From assembly GCF_009914755.1 (NCBI RefSeq), contig NC_060929.1: DNA of 64,000 nt; one strand, 5' to 3'. Of this stretch, positions 27,184 through 41,649 are shown piece by piece. This DNA is from the human T2T-CHM13v2.0 reference genome, Homo sapiens. The translations under genes were made by a program, and so were the position numbers. A model generated the notes under the pieces. It saw only the letters and a list, made by a program, of their open reading frames with translations, was not told the DNA's origin and did not search any database. Position 1 is the stretch's first letter; each line of letters opens with the position of its first letter.

Positions 27184-28200
27184 TCAGATACATGAATGGC
27201 AGGAAAAACGAATTTAGATTCATTGTACAAACACTGTCTGATAGGATAATATAAAGGTATATCTCCTATAGGGATAGAACTCTTGTCTGGTTGTAAGAGA
27301 TTGCTTCTTTCTGCCCTAATGTAGCTGATAATAGAATATCTCAGGGAAATTGTATAGAATAGTGTCAGTAAGCTAAAGGAAGACCATTTTTGTCCTTCTT
27401 CCCCCAATCTTAACAGCAACATTTATTCTGTACTTATGGATGTTAGGTGTATTATTACTTTTTAATGAGAAAAAAATTTGAGTAGGTAATACATGGAAAT
27501 AAGGAAAATTCAAATTTTACCACGGTAAATAGTTAATTTCCCTCTTCCATCCTAACCCTTAACAAAATGTTTTTAAAAGCTAATGTGATTCTATGATTAA
27601 AGTCATTAAATAAAATTTAAATAACAGTTCATCTCTCTAGAAGTTACTAATTCAGCAAATTCTTCTCACTATATCATGACCAAGAACTAGGAATTAAATG
27701 TAAAAGGCTCTTGAGCAACAAAAATAGATGTCACTAAGCCATGTATTTTTCTCCCCAGAGGCCTCCTCAGGTGTTGCTGAGCCTATCTATTCTTCTTTCA
27801 CACAGTTTTAAAGGTCTGGGTTACCAGATTTCCAAATCTACAGCAGACTCAAGGCAGCAATTAGAAGAGAGAATACAGGCAGACATTAACAGTAATGAAA
27901 AGCTAGGGCCAGGCTGTACTGCTTTAGTAATGCCTCAAACAGGCAATAAATTGTACTTAGTGGGGCTTTTTCTCCACTAAGTAGAGCCAAATTGGTTGGC
28001 TTTTGAAATCATGTATCATAACATATCAAATTATAGTGAGTAACCCAAAGTTAAGAAATGGCTATTGATGTACCATGTTTTTTACTTAAAAATCATGAAA
28101 GTATGTAACACTTTAACACATTCTTAATGGTTAGACATGTTTTCCATAAAAAGGAAAACTCTTTAGCTCCTCACAAATTTTCTCTTTCCAAAATATCTTA

Positions 28201-28440
<240 letters not shown>

Positions 28441-29334
28441 TTAATTCTGTAAGAAATTAAAATCAATATATAAGTAAAATGTTCTCAAGCTACAATAAGA
28501 ATAGCTGTGTGATCAGGGGTTTTAGTATTTCTATTTTTATAATGCGTATTCTTCTTTTAAAGTAAAAGATTTAATTTTCTGGATTACAAAAATTAGATTT
28601 TTTTGTTTGAATAAAATATAACTTTCATATAAGATAGACATACTGACATCTATCTTACATCCTATATTAGATCAGGCTTTTACTGTAGGTGATTTTAAAA
28701 TTTGGGGTATTCATGATTCTAGTGTAGAGTAAGTTTACAAACAGTGATTTTACAATAGTGATTTTAATAAAAATATACCACAAAGTCAGTTCTTAAGTGA
28801 GATTTGTACTCTAAAGGAAATATTACTAGGAAACTGTAGGAGGCTATCACCACTCTCTTGGTGACTATGCCATTGATGGTCCAAGCCATGTGGAACACAA
28901 CCTGTTTTCAACTGGAGACTGCATGTACACAGTATAAAACACACTGCATTTACTACATTCATGGTTAACTTTGTTTACCAAAAAATGCCTAATAGGATAA
29001 ATCTTAAAATATATACACTTTAGCTATAGGTTTTACTCTGGTAGTTCAAAAAAAGTTAATATGGCCTGGCCAGAAATATTACAGTTGAGGCAATAAGACT
29101 AGAAATGCTATATGTTAAATGCTTGACAAAGTTACCCTCCCTAAAATAGATTATTTGGTCTACAGATTTTTGAAATGAACAAAATAATAACAAAAATTCT
29201 AACATCGTTTAAACTGGGAAAAATAAATAAAACAGTTGTAATGAATAGACAACATTACGTTTTTGCCTGCTACGTAACCTTGTAATATGTAACTTACACT
29301 AGGGTATTTACATTATTTCAGAATCATCACAATA

Positions 29335-29520
29335 AGAAAAGCTAACATTTATTGAGTACTTACAATGTGCCAAGCACCATGCAAGGAATTTTATATAGAT
29401 TATTTAATGTTTAGAGCAACCCTAAAGAAGATAGATACTATTATTATCATTTTCTTTAGGAGTAAACTGAGTCACAGAAAAGTTAAGTAACTGTGTAAAC
29501 TTATAGAGCAAGTGAGTTAA
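29335..29520 (-). mobile_element. MIR
   Basis: gctaacatttattgagtacttac...gtaaactgagtcacaga. Confidence 0.7.
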
Positions 29521-29789
29521 AAGGCCTCAGTTTTCCTACAAGGGAAAAAAGCAAGCAACTAGCTCATTTATCAGATCTTTTTGATCTTAAAATGATATAT
29601 ATATATATATATATATGTCTAAAGAAAATAAATTTTCTTAAAAAAGTTTGATGATTTCTCCACAGGTGTGGAGAATAAAACATACCACACCAGACTTTGA
29701 GGAGGAGATATTTAAGCAGTCTCTGGAAGGACCTCTATCACCTAAGGGAAGGTGGTCACTGACAAGTGACCTATTCCTAACTTCCCAGT

Positions 29790-30860
29790 AACTCATCAGT
29801 CTACCATAATCTGGTTTCTGTTCGTTTCACTCCACTGATGTTTCTCTTGTCAAGTTCATCAATAGCTTCATATTACCAAAGACAAAGATGCTTTAAAAAA
29901 CAAAACAAAACAAAAAAACCACTTTGCCTTCATCTTACTCAAGTTCATAACAGCATTCAATACATTTGACCACTCCCTCCTGGAAATACTCTGCTGTCTT
30001 GGTTTCCCTGAGGCCTCTTGCTCTCTTCCTACCTCATGGCCACACTGTTTCCAACTCCTTTGATGGCTCTCCTGCTTGCAGCTTACCTTTAAATTTAGGG
30101 GGATTCAGGTCTTATTCTGAGTTTTTCTTGCTTCCTCTCAACTCTCCAAGTAATCTCAGTAGTTTTTTGGGATTTAAGTATCTGTGTGTTGATGACTGCC
30201 ATATGGGTATTTCCAGTTCAGACATCTGATTGTAATGTCCATTTCTAAAACTTAGTATGCCCAAAAGTAAACTCTTGATTTTTTTAATCCAAGTCTGTCC
30301 TGCTTTCCTTGCTCTAACCATCATCCTATATTATTGAGAAATGGTATCACTATATACCAAATTATTAAAGTCTCTAGCCTAGCAGTCATTCTTAATCTTT
30401 TCCTTCATTATTATATATCCCATATCCAATTCAATAGCAAAGACCAGTGATTTTCTCTCCAAACTTTATCTTGCATATACCCTCTTTCCTCCATTTCTAC
30501 TATCAGTACCTTAATTCATGCCATATTACCACCATCTCTCACTTATAAGGGTCTCAACCTACAGATCAAGCCCTATCCCTTCTACCTCGAGAATACCTCA
30601 GATTCTCCCTTTGTCTCCATCTCCACTGCCTCCATTCTAACTCAAGCCATTGCAATCTCTTACTTGGGCACCTGTAATACTCAATTCCCTCTTAACAAGA
30701 CTCCCAACTTTCACACTTACTTACTTACATGTGTACAATTTATGCTCTATGATGCAGCCAGTGTGCAGTGTCTTTTTTAAAAAAATATTTTAAACACAGG
30801 TTAGGTTACATTTAAATGGCTTTAGAATCAAACCCCAATTTCTTACCATGCCATAAAAAG
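29790..30860 (+). mobile_element. L2 fragments in intron 3
   Basis: tctggtttctg...ccactgatgtttctcttgtcaag...cagcattcaatacatttgaccactccctcctggaaa. Confidence 0.7.
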
Positions 30861-31182
30861 CCCCATCAACAGAATACAAAACAAAACAGTCAAAGTCTTT
30901 GCCATCATGTTCTACGTGTAGCAGGAACTAAGAATTATTCAATGAAGAATCAAATGAGATCATCATGCACCAGGGTTAATTCTCAGGAAATCAGTCTGGG
31001 CTGATTAGAACTACTAACTGCCCAGGAGAGTAGTCCCCTAGGGTGAGAACTTTAAGAAGTTTCTGATGAAGACAGTCTAATTTCACTGCTTACTGGAAAA
31101 AGAGTGCCCCTGGAAAGTGCAAATACATACAACTCCAACTCAAGTCTAAAAACCAGATTTTACCAATGAAAAGCAGCATTCA

Positions 31183-31848
<666 letters not shown>

Positions 31849-32354
31849 TCACTAAAATATTTCCAGATACATATTAAAGTCCTTCTTTTTAATGATTACA
31901 TAGATTTTTTTTCTTTTGTTACATAGTTTACTATTGGGAAGGTTAAAAGAACAATCATAAATGACAAAAAGTTAAGAGACAGTGGATACTTACACTTTCT
32001 GGATAATTACTCACAAAATAAAACAGTATTAAGCTTTATGCACTATAAAGAGATACCAAAATTCTACAAGAAGTCCTTGGTAGTCATAGTGAGATCTGCA
32101 TTTTCTATTTGGGAGGAAAATTTATAATTAGACTCCTCATAAATTTGCTTTGCTATAAAGAAATAATTTCTCAATGAAAAAGGTTACAAAGTTTTAAGTT
32201 AGAAAAATTGTGCTACATTTTTACATAAATTAGCCAATGAGTTATTTAGTAGTTCAACAATATAAATATGGAAACAAGCAAAATTTTAAAGTAAATATGT
32301 AACAAAGAAATTAAACCACAAACCCTTTCAGGTGGTACAGCCTAAAATGTTTAC

Positions 32355-32560
32355 CCTTTCTCAAGCAGAAATTGGACTATCTCTGGGTGCCCATTCCTTG
32401 CCGCATACATTAAAGCAGTCCAGCCATTTTCAGAAGTTTCATTGAGAAGAGATGGAGAATGACTGAGTATTCCTGTTAACTTGGCAATATCTCCTTCAGC
32501 AGCTGAACAGTGAAACTGAGTAACTATTTCTTGCTTCAGACTTCTTTTTACAGAAGACAT
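32355..32560 (-). CDS. NUDT12: NUDT12 exon 2 coding part (ankyrin repeats); exon begins at 32566
   Basis: ATG at 32560; GWTALMYAARNGHPEIVQFLLEKG ankyrin consensus; GG|GTAAAC donor, 206 nt. Confidence 0.98.
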
Positions 32561-34789
32561 TTCTTCCTTAAAAGAAGGAAAATCAGGGGAAAAAGCTTAT
32601 TTGCAACTGCTTTTTTATCAATGAACAATATTGATAAATAGCAATAGAATAATAGCAATGGTTTCCAAGGCAACATACTATTCAACAGGCAATCCTTAAA
32701 CAGCATACATTTCAATTTCAAAATGTTATCAGTTTAGAATTATAAAATGCAATGCAATTTATATGCCCATGGGAGTTACACAAAATAATGAATAAAGAGC
32801 TCTGACAGTACAGACGAGGGGGCCATATCCTTGGGAGGGGGAACCAGGTAACATATTACATAAGGAGGAGGTATTTAGGGTAGACCAGAGGGGACTTCAC
32901 GATGGGGTGGGGACATGAGGGGGAGAGCATTAAAACAGATGGAAGTAAAGGCAGAGACTTTATAAGTTTCACAGGAAAACAGTTTATTGTTTGACCTTGC
33001 ACAATTAATTCTGTAATCCATCTAGGATCTATTTTTGTTCATGGCATGAGGTAGGGGTCAAGATACTTTTTTACCCAATGCATAATCCATATTACTCCGT
33101 ATTATTCTTGAAATTACCATCTTTGTCCTACTACACTGAGACAAATATTGTCACAAATCAGATGATCATATATTTTTGGTTCTATTATTGGACAGTTCTG
33201 TTGGTCACTTTGTTGTCCTTGAATCAGAGCAGCTTTTAAAACTCATTAACTTTATCTGCTTTGTCACCTTTTTGTTTCGGTGGGGTAAACCCTGAAATAA
33301 TTGTTCCATACCTCTTAAATATTGCCTAATCATGGACTGCAGATGATAGAGCACACACTGAGCTTTTTTTGTCTTTTTTTTTTTTTGGCGGCGGGGGATG
33401 GTGAAAATGGTTCATGATTCAACTGTCTGTGAACTTCTCAAAGTATTTTTTTTTAAGGTATAATTCTTCTTTCTATGAAATGCTATTAAGAAAAGATTTG
33501 GGATTCTAACAACATTTCTATCATTCTAAGCAATAAGATTTTTAAGCTAAAAAGACAGAAAGGTTATAGCCCATAGTTTTTGATAGCTGCTGTCTCCTGG
33601 GTTCTGAAAGGGCGATCTGGCTGATGAATTGCATAGCAGGAATAGTATGAACAAAATTTAGGGAAAACAAGGAGTAAAGATTAATTGTCTCATTTTGGAG
33701 CTGTTCACCTTTCCTATTTGTGTCTTTCTGCTACTTATAAATAGGTTAAAACTGCTCACAGTCATGGAAACACTTGGATGAAACCTAACAGTGGAAATCT
33801 GTTTAGAAATTAAATTACCAGAAGTAATATCTACATGACAGAATAATTTTTGATTTATTCTAGAATTTACTTCGCTGTTCCTTTCATATTGAAATTTCTA
33901 CATACGTTAAAAATACTATGCATAACAAAAGCTACAAATTTTCAGGACTTTATTTTGAAGCACTGCTGTACAGCTCCTGTACTGATCTCCCTTCCAAATT
34001 GTCTTTCTCTTAAGTTTATTTTCCAAAAACCCATATTATAGTTTTTTCAGCTAGGTTTAGTTTGAATAATATTTCACTGTCTCATGTTCTGGGGTCACCG
34101 TCACTCCCTCACATTCTCACAGGCCGCGCCAGGTAACTGCAAAATTGTCCTTCAAAAATACAGCGTCATTCACTACCTCCAGGGCAATGCTTATGCATAT
34201 GCTATTCTGTGGAGATGGGAAGTGGAAAGTGTACACTTTTCCCTCTAGCTTTCTCAGCAGAAAAGCCATCTAGAAATAGTACCATTATTCATTCCAGAGA
34301 AGCACATAAAGTCTAACACCCAATTCTACTGTTTGATTTACTTTTTCAATTCTCATTGACAGGTTATAGAAGGTAAAGATTTGAAGGCAGAATAAAGTGC
34401 TGCCCTTGTTTTCCAAGAAGCTCAAGGACTATTCCGAGAAATCATTTAAAAGAATATTAGATGTAAAGGGACATAAATTTTTAACAAACCAACATCCACT
34501 TTTACTGACATGTAACCCGGGGCCCATGACTTCCGCATGCTCACACAGACCGAATGGGACAGGACAGGACCTTAAATATCGCTCTGTCACTGAAATCACT
34601 GACCATCAATTAACGAATTTCATCCACTCCCTGGGCACTCAAGACCAATTAAGTGCCACCCGTGCACGGTCTCTGAAAATGGTAAAATGCCTTAAGATAT
34701 TTTACTTTCTTGCCACTACTGTGAGATTCCTTCTTTCGAGGTGAAATCACACCCTAAGTAGCGCTTCCTTTTCCCCATCTCAGCTTGGG

Positions 34790-35350
34790 CAGGAAACTCT
34801 ACGACCTCAGTACCGCCGCACCTCCGCCCTGTCGCGGGAGCCCCTGCAAATGCGTCCGTGGCTCCCGCGCCTGCGCCCACCAAACCACTACGAGGCTCCG
34901 CCACACAACTCAGCAGGGCCACGCAGGGCAGCGCGGGAACCAAAGAGCCCAGGGAAGTGGTCACCGCCCCCAGAGGAGGCAATGAGACGACTAACTCCCC
35001 ACTGCTTCTACTAACCCAAAGGTGACCACAGTAGAGGCAACCAGGATGCAGTCCAAAGATTGGGATATCCCACTCGCTTTTCCTGGAGCCGGATGCAGTC
35101 TTCCCGACTTCCGGTGGAGATCCGGGGGTGGGGGGGGGGGGGCGGGAGGGGGGCCCCCGCGGTTTTATGGGAGATGTAGTTTGAAGCCCACAGGTTGTGC
35201 GCAAGGGAGAAGGGGTGGAGATTGGGGGTGGAAGTGTTTGGGAGCCGGCGCGGGAGAGATCGCGGTCTAAAGGATTGGAGCTGAATGAAGGGCTGAAAAT
35301 CCTTCTCCTGAGACTGTGATGTGTAGATAGAACGTGGTGCAGGCGATCGG
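34790..35350. promoter_or_regulatory. NUDT12: CpG island / NUDT12 promoter
   Basis: Only CpG-dense non-Alu region. ETS site CCGGAAGT (minus, 35114-35107), G-tract/GC box 35124-35153, ACTACATCTCCCA (minus, 35180-35168). Confidence 0.88.
35016..35103 (-). other. NUDT12: NUDT12 non-coding exon 1 (5' end approximate)
   Basis: Donor TGG|GTTAGT at 35016/35015 just downstream of the ETS site; no ATG in the exon. Confidence 0.7.
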
Positions 35351-36000
35351 AAAACTGTAGGCCTAAGGAAACGATTTTAAATTTTCCAGCGTCTCCCACC
35401 CAACTCCTAGCCCTCTCTCCAATACAGTCCAATGCAATTGAGTGCTCAAAGCATTCTTTCCTGTTAAATAATCCTGGACTATTGACTAGACCAAGTCACT
35501 CTTAAACGAGATATTCGGCCTCTGTAACACCTTAATCATTCACCCCATGGGAAAACTGGTATCATATACTGACGCCTAACTTATTCAGTAGTCCTTTAAA
35601 AAGTATGTATCAAGCGCGCAAAACACCTCCTTGGGTTGTGAGGTGTAAATAGGATAATGTATCCAAAGCTCTTAGGATGTTGTGAAGTGCAGAGTGGGCA
35701 CCCACAACAAAATTATTGTCGTTATTTTTTATTTCAGTTCCTGTGCTTTTATGCTCCAAAACCTACAGAAGTTATAAGTCCGAGATTACAAAACTAGGTG
35801 TTGGCGGTCTTCTAACTTCCAGACCAGGGCTTTTTCCTTTACTAAACTCTCTCCTTGGTAATCAGCAACAGCTACAGGGGTCTCTTACAATTGATCACTG
35901 TTTCCCACCCAGATTTTACCCTTGGAAGCTCCTTCTCACTGTGAAGCTGTATGCACCAGTTGACATTGATCATGAGGGCTTCTAACGCCCTGTGCTGCTG

Positions 36001-36307
36001 TTTTTTTTTTTTTTTCTTTTTTTTAGATGGGTTCTCACTCTGTCACCCAGGCTGGAGTGCAGTAGTGCGATCTTGGCTCACTGCAACCTCCGCCTCCCGG
36101 GGTTTCAAGTGATTCTCCTGCCTCAGTCTCCCGAGTAGCTGGGATTACAGGTGTGCGCCACCAGGCCCAGCTAATTTTTGTATTTTTAGTAGAGACAGGT
36201 TTTTGCCATGTTGGCCAGGCTGGTCTGGAACTCCTGACCTCAGGTGATCCATCCGCCTTGGCCTCCCAAAGTGCTGGGATTACAGGCGCGAGCCACTGCA
36301 CCCGGCC
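36001..36307 (-). mobile_element. AluS (Sx-like)
   Basis: Full antisense Alu; degenerate TSD gccctgtgct/gccctatgct. Confidence 0.93.
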
Positions 36308-38801
36308 GCCCTATGCTTCTTTATGTGACTAGTTGTTTTCAGCCTTTAATGATTTCAGTGACCAGACAGGTGGTCAGAAAGGATTAGTTACTTCACTTGG
36401 AGTACCCAATCTTTGCATTCAAACATATGTTAGATTAGTATAGTGAACCCTCGTGTATTAATGATCCAGAGTCAACAACTATTAATATATAGTTCTCCCA
36501 GTTGTTAGGATTGTTTTGAAGTAAATTCCAGACCCCATATTGTTTTGATGACAAATATTTAAGAGTAAACTTTTTGGAAATATGTATTATATCTAAAATA
36601 TAAGGGCTTTGAAAACACAACTTCAATATCCCTAGTATTACAAATTTAACAATAATTCTGTAATAACATAAAAGAAACATTCAATATCAAATTTACTCAC
36701 TTGCCTCAGAAGTTTTATATGTTTTTCAGTTGATTCATCTGAACAAAGTCTCCACATCACATTTGATTTTTAAAAATCTATGGATTCCTTCCTCTTCCCC
36801 TTTTTTTCTGGCAGTTTATTTACTAAAGAGTAATGATCATTTGTTCTGTAGAATTTTCCACATTCTGAATTTTGCAGATTTTATTCCTGTGCTGTCCTTT
36901 CCCCCTGTATTTCTTGCAAACTGGTAGTTAACTTTATAGAATTACTCAGATTAAAGTTTGATTTTTTTTCACAAAAGACTTTATAGGTGTTACAGTTTAC
37001 TTTGTATTGAATTACTTCAAGAGGCTTACAACTTCTGGTTGTCTCTCTTTTTTTAATGTTATACTTGATCATTGGGTTCAGATGTTGTCAACCTGATAAC
37101 ATGTATGATAAATAATAATATAAATATTATAAAAATATGGTAAATGTTTATGATAAATATATGACATTGATATATAATTATGATAAATATAATTATATTA
37201 TTTAAATATTAAATTTATGATAAATATATTATAAATTTTTCCATCAACTTTTCAGCTAATAGTTTTAGCAGCCATTCATGATTATTGCCTGCATCCATCA
37301 TTTTGTTATGAGTTGCAAATAGTGATATTCTAATTTGATATTCACTCTACATTTACTAACAAATTATTTTATAATAAAGAACTTCATCTAATTAAATATC
37401 TATACAGCTTATATGGAAAGATAGGATAAATGTGCGATTTTCACCATTATTTCCTAATCTTCAGAATAATTAGTTAGTTCCCTAATATCCTTCAGGTAAG
37501 TATACAAACGTGCCTTGTTTTATTGCACTTTGCTTTACTGTACTTCACAGATAGTACATTTTTTACAAATTGAAGGTTTATGACAACCTTGTGGCAAGCA
37601 AGTATATAGGTGCCACTTTTCCAACAACGTGTTCACTTTATATGTCTATCACATTTTGTAATTCTTGCAATATTTCACACTTTTTCATTATTATATCTGT
37701 TATGGTGATCTGTGATCAGTAATCTTTGATGTTACTATTGTAATTGTTTTGGATTGCCACAAACTGCACCCATATAAGTTGGCAAACATAATCAATACAC
37801 GTTGTGTGTGTTCTCACTGCTCCATCCACTGGCTATTCTTGTCTCTCTCCCTCTCCTCAGGCCTCCCTATTCCCTGAGATACAGCAATATTGAAATTAGG
37901 CCAATTAATAACCCTACAGTGGCCCCTAAGTGTTCAAGTGAAAGGAAGACGCACACATCTCTCACACATTTTAAATCAGAAGCTGGAAATTATTAAGCTT
38001 AGTAAGAAAGGCATGTCAAAAGACAAGACAGGCCAAAAGCAAAGCCCCTTGCACCAAAGAGTTAGCCAAGTTATAAAGGCAAAGGAAAAGTTCTTGAAGG
38101 AAATTAAAAGTACTACTCCAGTGAACACATGAATGGTAAGAAAGTGAAACAGCTTTATTGCTGATATGGAGAAGGTTTTAGTGGTCTGGGTGGAAGATTA
38201 AACCAGGCATAATATTTCCTTAAGCCAAAGCTTTATCCAGAGCAAAGTCCTAACTCTCTTCAGTTGTATGAAGACCGAGAGAAGTGAGGAAACTGCAGAA
38301 GAAAAGTCGGCATCTAGCAGAGGTTGGTTCATGAGGTTTAAGGAAAAAAGCCTCCTTCATGACATAAAAGTGCAAGTTGAAGGAGCAAGTGGCGATGGAG
38401 ACGCTGCAGCAAGTTACCCAGAAGATCTTGCTAAGAGAATTGATGAAGGCAGCTAAACTAAACAGCAGACTTTGAATGTAGAAAAAAACAGCCACCTATT
38501 GGAAGAAGATGCCGCCCATGACATCCATATCAAGAGGTGACAAATCAATGCCTGGCTTCAAAACCTCAAAAGACAGGCAGACTCACTTATTAGGGACTAA
38601 TGCAACTGGTGACTTGAAGTTGAAGCCAATACTCACAATTTTGAAAATCCTAGGGCCCTTAAGAATTATGGTAAGTCTACCCTGCCTTTGCTCTCTAAAT
38701 GGAGCAACAAAGCCTGAATGACAGCACATCTGTTTAGAGAGTGGTTTACTGAATAAGCCTACCGTGGCCACCTACTGCTCAGAAGAAAAGTTTCCTTTCA
38801 G

Positions 38802-39136
38802 GGCCAGGCGCGGTGGCTCACACCTGTAATCCCAGCACTTTGGGAGCCCGAGGCGGACGGATCATGAGGTCAAGAGATGAAGACCATCTTGGCTAACACA
38901 GTGAAACCCTGTCGCTACTAAAAAAAAAATAAAAAAAGTAGCCGGGCATGGTAGCGGGCACCTGAAGTTGCAGCTACTCAGGAGGCTGAGGCAGGAGAAT
39001 GAGGCTGAGGCAGGAGAATGGCGCAAACCCAGGAGGCAGAAGTTGCAGTGAGCCAAGAGATCGCACCACTGCACTCCAGCCTGGGTGACAGAGCGAGACT
39101 CTGTCTCAGAAAAAAAAAAAAAAAAAAAAAAAAAAA
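38802..39136 (+). mobile_element. Alu (Y/Sc-like) with 19-bp internal duplication
   Basis: TSD aaaagtttcctttca/aaaagattcctttca; long A tail. Confidence 0.93.
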
Positions 39137-39427
39137 GATTCCTTTCAAAATATTACTGTTAATTGATAATGTATCTGGTCACTGAAGGGCTCTGATGGAG
39201 ATTTACAGGGAAATTAATGTTGTTTTCATACTTGCTGGCACAACATTCTGCAGCCCACAAATCAAGGAGTAATTTTGACTTTCAAGACTTATTATTAAAT
39301 AAATACATTTTGTAAGACTATGGCTGTCATATATAGGGATTCCTCTGGTGGATCTGGGCAAAGCAAATTGAAAAGCTTGTGGAAATGATTCACCATTCCA
39401 GATGTCATTAAGAACATTTGTGATTCG

Positions 39428-39742
39428 GGCCATGTGTGGTGGCTCACACCTGTAATCCCAGCACTTTGGGAGGCCGAGATGGGCAGATCACCTAAGGTCA
39501 GGAGTTCAAGACCAGCCTGGCCAATATGGTGAAACCCCACCTCTACTAAAATTACAAAAATTAGCCAGGCTTGATGGCGGGTGCCTGTAATCCCAGCTAC
39601 TAGGGTGGCTGAGGCAGGAGAATCGCTTGAACGCAGGAGAATTGCTTGAACCCAGGAGGCGGAGGTTGCAGTGAGCTGAGAGCACGCCATTACACTCCAG
39701 CCTGGGCAACAAGAACAAAACTCCATCTCAAAAAAAAAAAAA
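39428..39742 (+). mobile_element. AluS (Sq/Sx-like) with 19-bp internal duplication
   Basis: 16-bp TSD AAGAACATTTGTGATT at 39410-39425 and 39741-39756. Confidence 0.93.
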
Positions 39743-40561
39743 GAACATTTGTGATTTGTGGAGGAGATCAAGCTATCAACATGAACAGGAGTTTGGAAGA
39801 CATTGATTCCAACCCTAATGGATGACTTTGAGTGGTTCAAGACTTCAGTGGAGGAAGTAACTGCAGATGTGGTGGTAGTAGCAAGGTAATCCAGATTAGA
39901 AGTGGAGCCTAAAGATGTGTCTGAATTGCTGCAATCTCATGATAAAATTTGAATGAATAAGGAGTTGCTTCTTATGGGTGAGCAAATAAAGTGGTTTCTT
40001 GAGATAGAATCTACTCCTGGTGAAGATGCTGTGAACATTATGGAAATGACAACAAAGGATTTGGAATATTATAACAATTCAGTTGATAAAGTAGTGGCAG
40101 GTTTGAGAAAATGGACTGCAATTTTGAAAGACATTCTACTATGGGTAAAATACTATCAAGCAGCATCACGTACTATAGAGAAATTTTTTGTAAAAAGAAG
40201 AGTCAGTGATGTGGCAAACTTTATTGCGTCTTATTTTAAGAAATTGCCACAGCCACCCCAGCGTTCAGCAGATCAGTCAGCAGCCACCAACATTGAGGCC
40301 AGACCCTCTACCAGAAAAAGATCATGACCTGCTGAAGGCTCTGATGATCATTCGTATTTTTTTAGCACTAAAGTATTTTTAATTGTTATGTACATTTTAT
40401 TTACACATAATGCTATTCCACACAATAGACTATAGAATAGTATCAACATAACTTTTATATGCACTGGGAAACCAAAAAAACGTATGGGCATCACTTGACT
40501 GTGATATTTGCTTTATCGTGGTGATCTGGAACAAAACCTGCACTATCTCTAAGATATGCCA

Positions 40562-40830
<269 letters not shown>

Positions 40831-41649
40831 TTATGAACACATTGATGCTAACATTTTTAATGTATTTCAGGTCATTGACATTATTTTAAAATATTTTTAT
40901 AATATTTATTACTTTGATCCTCAAATTGTTTCTTACTTGACCAGTGGGAACCACCTCAAGTGGGCTTCTGAGTTTTTTGGACCAGACCCCTGCAGTGTTT
41001 GATAGCTTACTTCCTTTTTGGTATGACAAAATGTTTTAGGCTAATCTTGTAAATATTTTGCTCCAGACCTGGAGTCAGCCATTTCTCCAAAGAGCCTTCG
41101 TTCCTTTTAGTGAGAAATGGTATTTAGATATGACAGTCTTTGTACTTGTGGTGCTCATTGCTGATGAGTTACTGAGTATCTCCCTGGATGTAACTTTCTC
41201 CCAGGGAAATTGAACAGTTACAGATCTTTTCCAATAAGATTTCACATTCGAAGGACAATATGGTCTAATATCCATAGATGTTAATGTAATAAAATAATGT
41301 TTTCATTTTATTACATTTCCATTCAGAAACTTAAGGCTCCTGAATGTGTACAAGAAAAAGTTAAAACTCTAGCTTTGGATATTCTCCTTAATATGGACCC
41401 AACATATATTTTTAGCAATATTTTTTCCCAGAATTTCCTATATAAAACCTTTCTGATCCAGACAAATTGGCCTATACACTGCACTGACCTAGGGTATCTC
41501 TTGCCCTTTCCTACCTCACTGCTTGTGCTCATTCCACTTTTCCTACCTTAAATGCTTTCCTTTTTCCAAATCCTACCCACTTCTTAAAGCCCAGGTCAAG
41601 TACTGCTTAATTGGATCTTCATTACTGTCCATAGAATTATAGGTTTGCC

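Noticed and set aside
34716-35432. 238-aa ORF as an independent gene
   Set aside because: TTG start, low-complexity GC-driven peptide crossing promoter, exon 1 and intron 1; only the in-frame leader aspect is kept as a finding.
37095-37235. AT-rich quasi-repeat (ATGATAAATAT-like)
   Set aside because: Ordinary low-complexity decay with no regular period.
37890-40327. Possible domesticated Tigger (TIGD-like) transposase
   Set aside because: Fragmented over several frames, with stops and Alu insertions.
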